The notes: generated by a model not told the origin, from the sequence alone. Shown: positions 10,740 through 20,640, numbered from the stretch's first letter. The stretch is DNA of 64,000 bases from Desulfosoma sp. (GCA_037481835.1 JBBFKW010000012.1:46695-110694); one strand, 5' to 3'. Numbers and translations are program-made.

Positions 10740-11357
10740 ATGGCGGTGATCACCATCAGCAAGGAATACGCGTCCCAGAGTGAGGAGTTTGCGAAAAAAC
10801 TGGCGGACCGTTTGGGCTACAGCATCCTGGACCGGCAAATCGTCGCCGATGCAGCCAAAGAACTGCGCATCAGCCCCAGCGAAGCGCAAAGCTTTCACAA
10901 GGAGCGGGAGTCCAAGCTCCTGCGCCTCATCGACCGCTACACGTCCAGCGTCGTTCAGAAGGTGGTGGACCGATCCTACGGTCGGCTGGACGACAAGAAT
11001 TACCACGAGGTCACCGTCAAGCTCGTCCAAAAGGTGGCCGACGAAGACAACGTGATCATCCTCGGCTGGGGCGCCCAGTGCATCCTTTCCAACCGTCCCA
11101 ACGCCATTCACTTGCGCATCGTCAAGACGCTGGAAGACCGCATCCGTTGGCTTCGCGAAAACATGGACATGGACGATCGTTCGGCGCGGGACCTCATCGA
11201 GCGTGAAGAAAAGGAATCCGCGGAATACGTGGAACATTACTTCAATCGCGCGTGGGACGATGCGCATTTGTACCACGCGGTCTTGAACCTGAGCCGCATC
11301 CCTTTGGATGAGGCGGTGGACTTGGTGGCCGGATGGATCGAGACCAAAAAATTCTGA
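10740..11357 (+). CDS. Cytidylate kinase-like family protein with degenerate P-loop
   Basis: MAVITISKEYASQSEEFAKKLA, VIILGWGAQCIL, YVEHYF and YHAVLN motifs; GGAGGG RBS. Confidence 0.8.
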   Translation: MAVITISKEYASQSEEFAKKLADRLGYSILDRQIVADAAKELRISPSEAQSFHKERESKLLRLIDRYTSSVVQKVVDRSYGRLDDKNYHEVTVKLVQKVADEDNVIILGWGAQCILSNRPNAIHLRIVKTLEDRIRWLRENMDMDDRSARDLIEREEKESAEYVEHYFNRAWDDAHLYHAVLNLSRIPLDEAVDLVAGWIETKKF

Positions 11358-12892
11358 CGCCTTTCAGAGGACTCCGGGGCCTTGGGGCCGCTTGTGTCGT
11401 CGCGGCGGCCGTCCTGGCGGCCTTCCCACAGGCCCTTGCGGCGTCGGCCTCCGCCTCGGACGGCGAGCCGGTTCGGCGATCCATCCTCGCCGGCACCTGG
11501 TACCCGGCGGATCCCAAGGAACTCAGGGCCACCCTCAGCGGTTTTCTCGAACGCGCCACGGTGCCGGACACGCTCCCTCCTCCCGATTCCCTGGCGGGGA
11601 TCGTCGTTCCCCATGCCGGCATCCGCTACAGCGGCGCCGTCGCCGCCCACGCCTACAAGGTCGTCCAGAAATCTTCCGTCCAAACCGTCGTCGTCCTCGC
11701 ACCCAGCCATCGCGTGCCCTTTTCAGGCGTTTCCGTCCACCGCCGAGGTCCTTTCGAAACCCCGCTGGGCCGGGTGCCTCTGGATACCGAACTCATCGAA
11801 GCGCTCATGGAGCTCGACCCGGACGTGCGCGACTTTCCCGAGGCCCACGCCCAGGAACATTCCCTGGAAATCCAACTGCCGTTCCTCCAAACCGTGCTCC
11901 CCTCATTCCGCTTGGTGCCTCTGGTCATGGGCAGCCTGTCCTGGACCACGTGCGAAAGGCTGGCTCAGGCCTTGAGCGTTCTATCGCGGTCCCGCCGTTT
12001 CCTCGTGGCGGCCAGCACGGATCTTTCCCACTACCACAGCGAAAAGGAAGCCAAAACTTTGGACCAGCGGCTTCTCGAGCGGCTGCGGCGGCTGGAAGCC
12101 CGGGAACTCATGGACGATGTGGCGGCCGGGAACTGCGAAGCGTGCGGCGCCGCCCCGCTCGTCACCCTCATGCTCTACGCCCGAACGGTGGGGGCGCACG
12201 ACATGCGGATCCTCAAATACGCCACCTCGGCCGACGTCACGGGAGAGACGAACCGGGTCGTGGGCTATGCGGCCGCCGCCGTGTATAAAAACTCCGGCGC
12301 CCCGGCGGAAGGATCCCAAGCCGTTCCCGCCAAGGCGGCATTCCCCCCTTCCCTCGGCGCGGAAGACAAGGCGCGCCTCAAGGACATCGCCCGGCAAACC
12401 CTCGTTGCCAAGCTCTTCGGAACCGTCCCTTCGCCCGATCTCACCCTTTCCGAACTGCCGCCGGCTCTTCGGGAACCGGGAGGAGCCTTTGTGACCTTGA
12501 AGCGGCACGGGCAGCTGAGAGGCTGTATCGGTCAGATCGAAGCCCGCCGGCCGTTGGCCCACACGGTTTCCCGGATGGCCCTGGCGGCGGCCTTTGAGGA
12601 CCCACGGTTTCCGCCCGTGACGGCCGACGAATGGAACGACCTGGAACTGGAAATCTCGGTGCTCTCTCCCTTGGAGAAACTCGACGACCCGACCCGGGTG
12701 CGGGTGGGCACCCACGGCCTGGTCGTGCGCAAGGGATCCCGAAGCGGTCTTCTGCTTCCCCAAGTCGCCGTGGAGCAGGGATGGGACCGGGAAACCTTCC
12801 TTCGCCAGACATGCCGCAAAGCGGGACTCCCGCCTGAGGCCTGGCAGGATCCGGATACGGAAATCTTCACCTTCACCGCGGAAGTCTTCTAG
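11333..12892 (+). CDS. amrB: AmmeMemoRadiSam system protein B (Memo) fused to protein A (AMMECR1), with N-terminal signal peptide
   Basis: Memo motifs AGTWYP, PHAGIRYSG, EHSLEIQLPFLQ, ASTDLSHY. AMMECR1 motifs GAFVTL..LRGCIG, DPRFPP, EISVLSP, GLLLPQVA, CRKAG. Hydrophobic N-terminus ending in ALA. Confidence 0.92.
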   Translation: MDRDQKILTPFRGLRGLGAACVVAAAVLAAFPQALAASASASDGEPVRRSILAGTWYPADPKELRATLSGFLERATVPDTLPPPDSLAGIVVPHAGIRYSGAVAAHAYKVVQKSSVQTVVVLAPSHRVPFSGVSVHRRGPFETPLGRVPLDTELIEALMELDPDVRDFPEAHAQEHSLEIQLPFLQTVLPSFRLVPLVMGSLSWTTCERLAQALSVLSRSRRFLVAASTDLSHYHSEKEAKTLDQRLLERLRRLEARELMDDVAAGNCEACGAAPLVTLMLYARTVGAHDMRILKYATSADVTGETNRVVGYAAAAVYKNSGAPAEGSQAVPAKAAFPPSLGAEDKARLKDIARQTLVAKLFGTVPSPDLTLSELPPALREPGGAFVTLKRHGQLRGCIGQIEARRPLAHTVSRMALAAAFEDPRFPPVTADEWNDLELEISVLSPLEKLDDPTRVRVGTHGLVVRKGSRSGLLLPQVAVEQGWDRETFLRQTCRKAGLPPEAWQDPDTEIFTFTAEVF

Positions 12893-12902
12893 GAACACGG
12901 CC

Positions 12903-14075
12903 ATGGACCGACGCACGTTCTGCCGCACGCTCGCTGGATGCACCGCCTGGGCGCTGTGTGCGTCCTGGGCCGGCCCCGCCGTCCGATCCGCGGCCTCTTC
13001 CTCCCTTTCTTTCCAAAAGGGTTTCATCCGGCCCAAGGTTTCTCCCTACTTTACACCCTTGGGAAGCGGCCGGATCCGCTGCCTCCTATGCCCCCGCCTG
13101 TGCGAAGTGGACCCGGGAGAAAGGGGCTACTGCGAAGTGCGGGAAAATCGAGACGGCCTCTATTACACCCTGGTTTACGGCAATCCGTGCGCCGTCCACG
13201 TGGATCCGGTGGAAAAGAAACCCTTCTTCCACGTGCTGCCGGGAAGCCGATCCTTTTCTTTGGCCACGGCGGGCTGCAACCTGGATTGCAAGTTCTGCCA
13301 AAATTGGGAGATTTCCCAAGCCCGGCCTGAAAACACGCACAACGCCTTTCTTCCGCCCCAAGACGTCGTCGCCTCAGCCGTCCGATACGGCTGCGCCTCC
13401 ATTGCGTCCACCTACGTGGAACCCACCATTTTCATGGAATACATGACGGATATCGGAGCGGCCGCATCCCAAGCGGGGATCCTCAACGTCATGCATTCCA
13501 ACGGCTTCGTCAATCCCGGCCCGCTCAACGACCTCATCCCCAACCTGCACGCCGCCTGCATCGATCTCAAATCCATCCGGGACGACTACTACCGCGACAT
13601 GACCGAAGGATGGCTGGAGCCGGTTCTGAACACCCTCAAGGAACTGAAAAAACACCGGGTCCATACGGAACTGGTGACCCTGCTGGTACCGGGCCGAAAC
13701 GATTCGGATAAGGACATCCGGGACCTCAGCCGCTGGGTCCTGGAAGAACTCGGGGAAGACACCCCTTTGCATTTCAGCCGGTTCTACCCGCGCTACAAGC
13801 TCCAGAGCCTTCCGCCGACGCCCGTGGAAACCCTGGAAAGAGCTCGCGATACCGCAATGAAGGAAGGGTTGCGGTTCGTCTACATCGGAAACGTTCCGGG
13901 CCATCCGGGGGAACACACGTATTGCCCCACGTGCCGAACGGTCGTCATCCGACGGACGGGCTACGTGGTGCAGGCGGAAGCCTTCGAAAAAGGCCGGTGC
14001 ACCCGGTGCGGGACCCTTCTTCCCGGCATATGGACCAATCCGCTCAAAGCCTCCGGAGCGCCCGCAGGCTCATAA
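12903..14075 (+). CDS. amrS: AmmeMemoRadiSam system radical SAM enzyme with twin-arginine-like leader
   Basis: CNLDCKFC radical SAM motif, VDPVEKKPFFH, CQNWEISQ, HFSRFYP, YIGNVPGH, C-terminal CxxC pairs; N-terminus MDRRTFC followed by an h-region. Confidence 0.93.
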   Translation: MDRRTFCRTLAGCTAWALCASWAGPAVRSAASSSLSFQKGFIRPKVSPYFTPLGSGRIRCLLCPRLCEVDPGERGYCEVRENRDGLYYTLVYGNPCAVHVDPVEKKPFFHVLPGSRSFSLATAGCNLDCKFCQNWEISQARPENTHNAFLPPQDVVASAVRYGCASIASTYVEPTIFMEYMTDIGAAASQAGILNVMHSNGFVNPGPLNDLIPNLHAACIDLKSIRDDYYRDMTEGWLEPVLNTLKELKKHRVHTELVTLLVPGRNDSDKDIRDLSRWVLEELGEDTPLHFSRFYPRYKLQSLPPTPVETLERARDTAMKEGLRFVYIGNVPGHPGEHTYCPTCRTVVIRRTGYVVQAEAFEKGRCTRCGTLLPGIWTNPLKASGAPAGS

Positions 14076-16365
14076 CCCACGCGCACCCCAGCACAGCCCC
14101 ATAGGCGAGAAAGACTTTCGGCACCCCGAGAAAGGGCACCAGGACCCACGGGGTCGCCACGGCGGCCGCGGCCGCCCCCAAAAGGTCCGTGCCGTAGAGG
14201 ATGCCGCCCACGGCGCCCCGTTTCAAGCCGACCCTTTCCCCGACAAGACACCCCAGGGCGAAATGGGCGCCTCCGAAAACGCCCGCACAAAACCCGAAAG
14301 CGGCGAATATTGAAAGAACCGCCCAGGACGGCCAGAGGCGGAGCGCCGCGAGCCCGCCGGTTTCCCATGGAAGAAACATGGCGCCGATAAAAAGGGTCGC
14401 CGCCCCGTGCACGCCGAGGAAACCTCGAACCTCTCCCAAGGCCGTTCCCCTCCCTTTCACGAAGGATCCCACGAGAAAGGCTCCCACTGAAAGCCCGGCC
14501 ATGCACATGGAAACGAGCACGGTGATGTGGGCGTAGAGCGCCCCGGCGACGATTTGGTAAAGGAAAAGGAGCAGGATTTGGAACGCCATCTGAGCCGCCC
14601 CCATGGCACCCACGGCCCCTGCGAGGGCCGCCTCGGGCCGGGTTTTCCAAAAAACCGCTGGACCCCCCAAAAGGAGAACAGATAGAGCCGCTGCGGCAAT
14701 GAGCGCCCACAACGGGCCGGGCGATGACTCCGGCCGATGCATGAACGCGGCAAGCCCTGGATGAAACTGGGCCGCCCACAGTCGGGATGCAGCGATGAAG
14801 CCCGCGGGATCCATGTCGCGGTTGATGTCGTTGCGGTCTTTTCGGACGGCGAGGGATCGAAAGTAGTCCAGGCGGAACGGATCGAGAAGATTGACCAGGC
14901 GGTCATGCCGGACATAGCGCAAGGCCAGGCCGAAACTTTCGGCCCGATGGGAAAGGGCCGTGGGATCTTCGGTAAGACCCTGCGGGTCCATGGAAGCCGC
15001 AAGGCGAATCCTTTCTCCGGGATAGACCACATGGGCGGGAAAAACGGAACGCAGGGTTGTCATCACGCCTCCGAAGTAGGCCGCCTGAGCCTCTCCCAGC
15101 ATGTCCTCGGCGCCGGAAACCGCGAAGCTGAAAAGACCGCCGGGTCTCAGCACCCGCGCCACGGATTGGTAAAATTCCCGGGTATGAAAACGGTTCGTGC
15201 CGAGGGAAAAAGGATCGCCTGCGTTCAGCAACACCACGTCGTAGGCCGACTCCGCCCTTTCCACAAAGCGCCGGATGTCCATGTCCCAGAGGAAAACCCT
15301 GGGATCGTCCCCGAAAGGCGGCGTCCCGGCCGCCGTCACCACGGCGGCGCACAGGCTCACTGTCTTGTCCGGATCGACCAGATCGATTCTTCGAATCCCC
15401 GGGTACCGCAGAATTTCCCGCACACCTTCAGGGCTCACCGGCCCGAGCACCAGGACAAACTGCGGATCCGGGTGCTGGAGCATGGCGAGGTGCACTGCGT
15501 CTTCGGCGCTCTGAGGATCGGGATAAGAAAAGAGCCACAACCCGTCGGCCATGAAAGACCACTGGGATTCCTGGCGCACGACGGCCGTGTTCCCATAGGG
15601 GCTGTCCACGACGGTGACGACCTCTCCTCCCCATTGCCACCGCCGGCTGGGCTTTTCCAAAACCGCGAAACCCGACACCGCAAGGAGCGTGAAGAGTCCT
15701 ATGAGAATGCAGCCGCCGCGGGCGGTTTTTGGAGCCTGGGCGGCGAGCGCCCAGAACCCCAAGGCGGCCAGGGCGGCTCCCAAAAAAGCGGCCCCGTAGA
15801 GCACAGGGAACCTGGGCGCAAGGAAAAGATAGAGCCAGATCCCTCCGAGGGCGGCTCCCAAGGCTTCCAAGGCGTAAAGGCGGAAGGTCCCTTGGGGCGT
15901 CCTCGCGAGGGCGGCGGTAAGAGACCATGCGCTTGCGAAAAAAACACCGAAAAAGACACAAACGGGCGCGGTCACTGCGGCGATCACCGCCACCGTGAGC
16001 TCCAGGGGGACCATTTCCCCCAGCCCGAGGCCGAAAAGGCGCCGGGACGCCCGGACCCACAGCACCGTCGAAGGGAGCAGCACCCCGTAGAGCGCAACCA
16101 AGACGAGAACGAAGCGAAGCCGAGCGGACGGTGCGGGAAAGAGCTTGGGGCACAGGCGCCCGGCCGCAAGGCTTCCCAAGCCCGTCCAAAAGAGCCAGAA
16201 GAAGAGCACGAGCCCGACGGTGAGCTCACTCCCGTAAAAGAGCGCCAGGCATTCGCGCAGGACGATGATCTGGGTCGCCGCGGCAGCGCACCCTCCACCG
16301 ACGATCGCTGGTGCCGGCACTCCGTCTTTCTTTACGAGATGCTCGGGGTCTTTCGCGCCCGTCAT
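14044..16365 (-). CDS. Polytopic membrane protein with central spermidine-synthase-like (class I SAM-binding) domain
   Basis: About 7 TM segments, then DSPYGN..., VHLAMLQHPDPQFVLVLG and YDVVLLNAGDP..NRFHTREFY, then further TM segments with LYGTDLLGA. Confidence 0.8.
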   Translation of the reverse strand: MTGAKDPEHLVKKDGVPAPAIVGGGCAAAATQIIVLRECLALFYGSELTVGLVLFFWLFWTGLGSLAAGRLCPKLFPAPSARLRFVLVLVALYGVLLPSTVLWVRASRRLFGLGLGEMVPLELTVAVIAAVTAPVCVFFGVFFASAWSLTAALARTPQGTFRLYALEALGAALGGIWLYLFLAPRFPVLYGAAFLGAALAALGFWALAAQAPKTARGGCILIGLFTLLAVSGFAVLEKPSRRWQWGGEVVTVVDSPYGNTAVVRQESQWSFMADGLWLFSYPDPQSAEDAVHLAMLQHPDPQFVLVLGPVSPEGVREILRYPGIRRIDLVDPDKTVSLCAAVVTAAGTPPFGDDPRVFLWDMDIRRFVERAESAYDVVLLNAGDPFSLGTNRFHTREFYQSVARVLRPGGLFSFAVSGAEDMLGEAQAAYFGGVMTTLRSVFPAHVVYPGERIRLAASMDPQGLTEDPTALSHRAESFGLALRYVRHDRLVNLLDPFRLDYFRSLAVRKDRNDINRDMDPAGFIAASRLWAAQFHPGLAAFMHRPESSPGPLWALIAAAALSVLLLGGPAVFWKTRPEAALAGAVGAMGAAQMAFQILLLFLYQIVAGALYAHITVLVSMCMAGLSVGAFLVGSFVKGRGTALGEVRGFLGVHGAATLFIGAMFLPWETGGLAALRLWPSWAVLSIFAAFGFCAGVFGGAHFALGCLVGERVGLKRGAVGGILYGTDLLGAAAAAVATPWVLVPFLGVPKVFLAYGAVLGCAWVMSLRALRRL

Positions 16366-16390
16366 GAACCCGCCGGTGAAATGTCCCCTC

Positions 16391-17596
16391 TCAGGAGACG
16401 ACTTTATGGCCGGAGGCCTTGAGTGCCGAGAGGATGTCCTCCGCATGAGAGAACCCTCGGGTTTCCACCTCAAGGGTCACCAAGGTGATATGGATGGGAA
16501 GATGGGGCACATGGCGGTTATGGGAAATATGCAGCACATTGGCGCCGCAAGATGCGACAACGGCAAGCAATCCGGCCAAAGCCCCGGGCACATCCGGCAA
16601 TTCCACGGTGAGCCGTGTCACTCGACCGCCTTTGACAAGCCCTTTGGTGAGGATCCGCCCCAAGAGGGGACTGTCCACATTGCCGCCGCTCACCACCAAA
16701 ACGATCTTGGCCCCGGCAGGCCAGTGCGTTTCCCCCATGAGCAAAGCGCCCAGAGGAACCGCCCCCGCCCCTTCGGCGAGCACTTTTTTTCTTTCCAGAA
16801 GAAGGAGCACCGCTTCGGCGATGTGTTCCTCGTCGACGAGGACCACCCGGGACACCGTCCGCGAGAGGATCTCGAAGGTCAGCCGCCCCAGTTCCTTCAC
16901 CGTGATGCCGTCGGCGATGGACTGGGCTCCTTCCACGCGCACCACGGTGCCTTGCTGAAGGGCTTGAAACGCGGAGGGGCACACGGCCGCCTGGACTCCG
17001 ATGATCTGCGCTTCGGGCCGCACAGCTTTCACGGCCGAGGCGATCCCGGCGATGAGGCCTCCGCCTCCTACGGGGACGAGCACGGCATGGACGTCGGGGC
17101 ACTCTTCCACGATTTCCAAGCCGATGGTTCCCTGGCCCGTGATGATGTCCGGATCATCGTAAGGGTGGATGAACGTGTAGCCTTGGGCGCTCAATTCCCG
17201 GGCCTTTTCCAGGCTCTCTCCCAAGGTTTTTCCGTGCAGGACAATCGTCCCGCCGTAGGATCGCGTGGCTTCCTGCTTGGTGAGGGAAGCCCATTCCGGC
17301 ATGACGATGAAGGCGGCAACACCCGCGTTCCGCGCCGCCAGGGCCACTCCCTGGGCGTGGTTTCCCGCCGAGGCCGCCACCACACCCTGAGGGCCCAGGG
17401 ATTGGCGATGCCGGAGGATCTTGTAGGAGGCCCCGCGAATCTTGAAGGAGCCTGTCTTTTGGAGATTTTCCAGCTTGAGGAAGACCTCGGCGCCGAACAG
17501 GCGGCTGAAAGTGGGCGAATACACCAAAGGGGTCCGAAGTATGCGGCCCTGCAGCATGCGGGCGGCCTGTCGAATATCGTCCAGGGCTACGGCCAT
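16391..17596 (-). CDS. ilvA: Threonine ammonia-lyase with C-terminal ACT domain
   Basis: LKLENLQKTGSFKIRGA (PLP Lys), ASAGNHAQGVA, PVGGGGL and SGGN motifs; ACT domain with LPDVPGAL. Confidence 0.92.
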   Translation of the reverse strand: MAVALDDIRQAARMLQGRILRTPLVYSPTFSRLFGAEVFLKLENLQKTGSFKIRGASYKILRHRQSLGPQGVVAASAGNHAQGVALAARNAGVAAFIVMPEWASLTKQEATRSYGGTIVLHGKTLGESLEKARELSAQGYTFIHPYDDPDIITGQGTIGLEIVEECPDVHAVLVPVGGGGLIAGIASAVKAVRPEAQIIGVQAAVCPSAFQALQQGTVVRVEGAQSIADGITVKELGRLTFEILSRTVSRVVLVDEEHIAEAVLLLLERKKVLAEGAGAVPLGALLMGETHWPAGAKIVLVVSGGNVDSPLLGRILTKGLVKGGRVTRLTVELPDVPGALAGLLAVVASCGANVLHISHNRHVPHLPIHITLVTLEVETRGFSHAEDILSALKASGHKVVS

Positions 17597-17672
17597 GGTC
17601 TCCCTCCTTCGACCCGATGGAGTGAACACGCACTCCCCGTCCCGGAAAGCCAATGCGAAAAGGTGCGGCCGC

Positions 17673-18326
17673 TCATGGGAAGCCCGGCGGCGCCGCATTG
17701 TTTTTCGACGAACGCACGGCCAAAAGGGCGCACCACGTGAAACTTCCCGACGGCGGCACGCCGAAAAAGGTCAAATCCCCCTGGCGGCGCTCCACCGGGT
17801 TCAGGCCCTTTTCTTTGAGGCGCCCTTCCAGGATCGCGGCATGAATGTCCTGAAACCCCGACGCGATGAGCGCGCCGCCATGGGCTACGCGCTCCGTGAC
17901 GGCATCAAGGAGGCTCTCCCAAACGGTCCAGGGAACATTGGCCGCCACACAGGAAAATGAGCCTCCGAGGGCCTCCACGGACCCATGGACCCACCAAACT
18001 TTTTCGCAAAGGCCGTTGAGCCGCGCGTTTTCCCGAGAACACGCGATGGCCGAACCGGATATGTCCACGCCGACGGCTCGAGCGGCCCCGAGTTTCACGG
18101 CGGCCAGGGCCAAGATGCCGGTGCCGCACCCCACGTCGAGAAAACGGGTGTGGGCTTGAAAGAGCCGGTCTTTCCAGGCCCCGAGAAGCTCCAGGCACAG
18201 GCGCGTCGTCACGTGAAAGGGATGGAAAGCCCGGCGGGTGCGCACCGTCAACCACGCCGTCTTCTTCTCCCAGGGAAAGAAGGGACTGATACGGACGGGA
18301 GGAAACCCGTGGATGCCGAGATTCAC
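17673..18326 (-). CDS. PrmA-like SAM-dependent methyltransferase, short form
   Basis: HVTTRLCL, FLDVGCGTGILALAAVKLGA and CSRENARLNG motifs; GTG start overlaps the nth stop. Confidence 0.75.
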   Translation of the reverse strand: MNLGIHGFPPVRISPFFPWEKKTAWLTVRTRRAFHPFHVTTRLCLELLGAWKDRLFQAHTRFLDVGCGTGILALAAVKLGAARAVGVDISGSAIACSRENARLNGLCEKVWWVHGSVEALGGSFSCVAANVPWTVWESLLDAVTERVAHGGALIASGFQDIHAAILEGRLKEKGLNPVERRQGDLTFFGVPPSGSFTWCALLAVRSSKNNAAPPGFP

Positions 18327-19009
18327 GGCCGTTCCGCCTCCCCATCCTGCAAGCGTCCTCGGGCGCACCAGGCGGCGACGACGCACTGCGCGCACTTCGG
18401 CGTTCGCGGCAGGCACGTCGTTTGGCCGTGCTTGACCAGAAGCTCGTTCACATGAAGGATCCACCGGGGCGGAACGATTCTTTCCAGGACCTGCCGGGTT
18501 TCTTCGGGGGTGCGCGTTTGGGCGACACCCAGCCTTCGACTGATCCGATGGACGTGGACATCCACGGGAATGGCGGGTTTTCGAAAGCCGTAGACCAGAA
18601 CACACGCCGCCGTCTTCGGGCCGACTCCCGGCAGGGCCAGGAGATCGGCTTCGCGGTCCGGGACCGCGCCGCCGTGGCGTTCCACCAGGAGGGCCGCCAC
18701 GTTCTTAAGGCGCCGGGCCTTGGTTTTGTAAAAATTCACGGGCCGCGCCAGGGCCGCGAGGCTTTCCACGGGGGCCTCGGCCAATGCGAAGGCCGTGGGG
18801 TATCTTTCGAGCACCGCCCGTGCGGCCTCGTCCGTTTTGGGATCCCGGGTGCGATGGGACAGGATCGTCCCGACGAGCACCCGGAAAGGATCGCCGTCGG
18901 TGTGCCAGTTCCAGGGGCTCAGCCCGTAGAGATCCGCCAGCGCCCGAAACACGGCGGAGAGTCTCTCCCTTTCGTCGCGTGCCGGATCCGCCTTTTTCCT
19001 CGGCGCCAT
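18323..19009 (-). CDS. nth: Endonuclease III (HhH-GPD, 4Fe-4S)
   Basis: LPGVGPKTA, IPVDVHVHRISRRLG and CLPRTPKCAQCVVAAWC motifs. Confidence 0.9.
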   Translation of the reverse strand: MAPRKKADPARDERERLSAVFRALADLYGLSPWNWHTDGDPFRVLVGTILSHRTRDPKTDEAARAVLERYPTAFALAEAPVESLAALARPVNFYKTKARRLKNVAALLVERHGGAVPDREADLLALPGVGPKTAACVLVYGFRKPAIPVDVHVHRISRRLGVAQTRTPEETRQVLERIVPPRWILHVNELLVKHGQTTCLPRTPKCAQCVVAAWCARGRLQDGEAERP

Positions 19010-19331
19010 GCCCTCTTCCACCTTCGCGCGTCGTCTTCCGCCCCGCCTCTCGAGGGACTCTCTGGGGAGGTGTCCCCATTTTTATCACGATTTTTCTCAC
19101 TAAGGTGGCGATAATTTTCTTGTGTCTTGCCGCGGTCTCGGCTAGAAGGGGGTGTGGTTTGCGGGAAACGGGGTGTTTTCCCGCGTTTTATGGTTGTGCG
19201 TACGTGCAGTTGCGGTCGGTTTCCGGGGCCCGCGGACGTTCGGTCTTCCCCCTTTTGGATAGGACCACCTCCAGGGAGCCGCCGAACGAGACCCGACGAG
19301 GCGTACCAGAGAAGAGAGGAGTTTGGGAACG

Positions 19332-19529
19332 ATGGAAGGCCGAGTCAAGTGGTTCAATGAAAAGAAGGGGTATGGCTTTATTGAGACCGAAAATCAGGGG
19401 GACGTTTTCGTCCACTACACGGGCATCCAGGGGGAAGGGTTCCGCACCCTGACCGACGGGGAAGCCGTGAGTTTCGACATTACGGAAACCCCCAAAGGGC
19501 CCCAGGCGATCAATGTGCGCAGAATTTAG
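19332..19529 (+). CDS. Cold-shock protein (CspA family)
   Basis: [22 protein letters not shown] and KGPQAINV motifs. Confidence 0.96.
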   Translation: MEGRVKWFNEKKGYGFIETENQGDVFVHYTGIQGEGFRTLTDGEAVSFDITETPKGPQAINVRRI

Positions 19530-19555
19530 CCTCTCCGACGGCTAGCCGGAAAGGC

Positions 19556-19591
19556 GCACCCCAAGGGATCTCCCTGGGGTGCTTTTTTATT
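19556..19591 (+). terminator. Rho-independent terminator after the csp gene
   Basis: GCACCCCAAGGGATCTCCCTGGGGTGC hairpin followed by TTTTTT. Confidence 0.75.
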
Positions 19592-19603
19592 GGGAGGATT
19601 CTC

Positions 19604-20614
19604 ATGAGAGAAGCATGGAAGAGATTTCGCTCCATCCTGATGGTGGCCCTCGCGCTGTGCTTGGCGGGCTCCGTCTCCGCCACGGCCGCCGAAGCGGCGA
19701 AAGACAAAGAAACTGAAAAGAAGCCGGCGGCCACGGTAAACGGCAAGGCCATCTCGCGAGCCCAGTTCGACCGCCAGATGAACGGGGTGCGCCAACGCCT
19801 GTTGCAGTCGGGGCATCTTTTGAGCGACGTGGAGCTGCGGGACGTGAAAACCCGCGTCCTGGAAAGCCTCATCGACCGGGAACTGCTCTACCAGGAAAGC
19901 CAGAAGCGCGGGTTCAAGGGGGATCCCCAGGCCGTGGACGGGCAAATCGCCCAATTCAAGCAGCGGTTTGAAACACCGGAAGCCTACCAGCAGGCCCTCA
20001 AGAGCATGAACCTCACGGAAAACAGCATCCGCGACGAACTGCTGAAAAACAGCGCCATCGACCAAATGGTCCAGGATCGGTTCGCCAAGGGGATCACGGT
20101 TTCCGACGAGGAAACCAAGGCCTTTTACAACGACCGGCATGATCTTTTCGAACGGCCGGAGCGGGTGCACGCCCGGCATATTTTGGTGAGCGTCAAGCCG
20201 GACGCGTCGCCGGAAGACAAGAAGGCCGCCCGCAAGAAGATCGACGATCTCAAGGCGCGTCTCAAGAAGGGCGAAGACTTCGCCGCCTTGGCCGGGGCCA
20301 ATTCCGATTGCCCCAGCAAGGAACGGGGCGGCGATTTGGGCTTTTTCGCCCGCGGGCAGATGGTCAAGCCCTTTGAAGACGCCGCCTTTTCCCTGGCCCC
20401 CGGTGCGGTGAGCGACGTGGTGGAAACCGATTTCGGCTACCACCTCATCCAGGTCATCGAAAAGAAGCCTCAGGAAACCGTACCCTACGAACAAGTGCAG
20501 CCGACCATCAGCGAGCACCTGCAAAAGCAGAAGACGCAGCAGAAGGTGGAGGAATTCTTGACCCAAGCCAAGAAAGACGCCAAAATCACGCGAACCGCCG
20601 TGGATGAGCTCTAG
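19604..20614 (+). CDS. Exported parvulin-type peptidylprolyl isomerase (PrsA/SurA-like)
   Basis: Signal peptide, SurA N-domain, [22 protein letters not shown] and [11 protein letters not shown] motifs. Confidence 0.92.
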   Translation: MREAWKRFRSILMVALALCLAGSVSATAAEAAKDKETEKKPAATVNGKAISRAQFDRQMNGVRQRLLQSGHLLSDVELRDVKTRVLESLIDRELLYQESQKRGFKGDPQAVDGQIAQFKQRFETPEAYQQALKSMNLTENSIRDELLKNSAIDQMVQDRFAKGITVSDEETKAFYNDRHDLFERPERVHARHILVSVKPDASPEDKKAARKKIDDLKARLKKGEDFAALAGANSDCPSKERGGDLGFFARGQMVKPFEDAAFSLAPGAVSDVVETDFGYHLIQVIEKKPQETVPYEQVQPTISEHLQKQKTQQKVEEFLTQAKKDAKITRTAVDEL

Positions 20615-20640
20615 GCGACCGTCCGACAAATCCCGAAACG

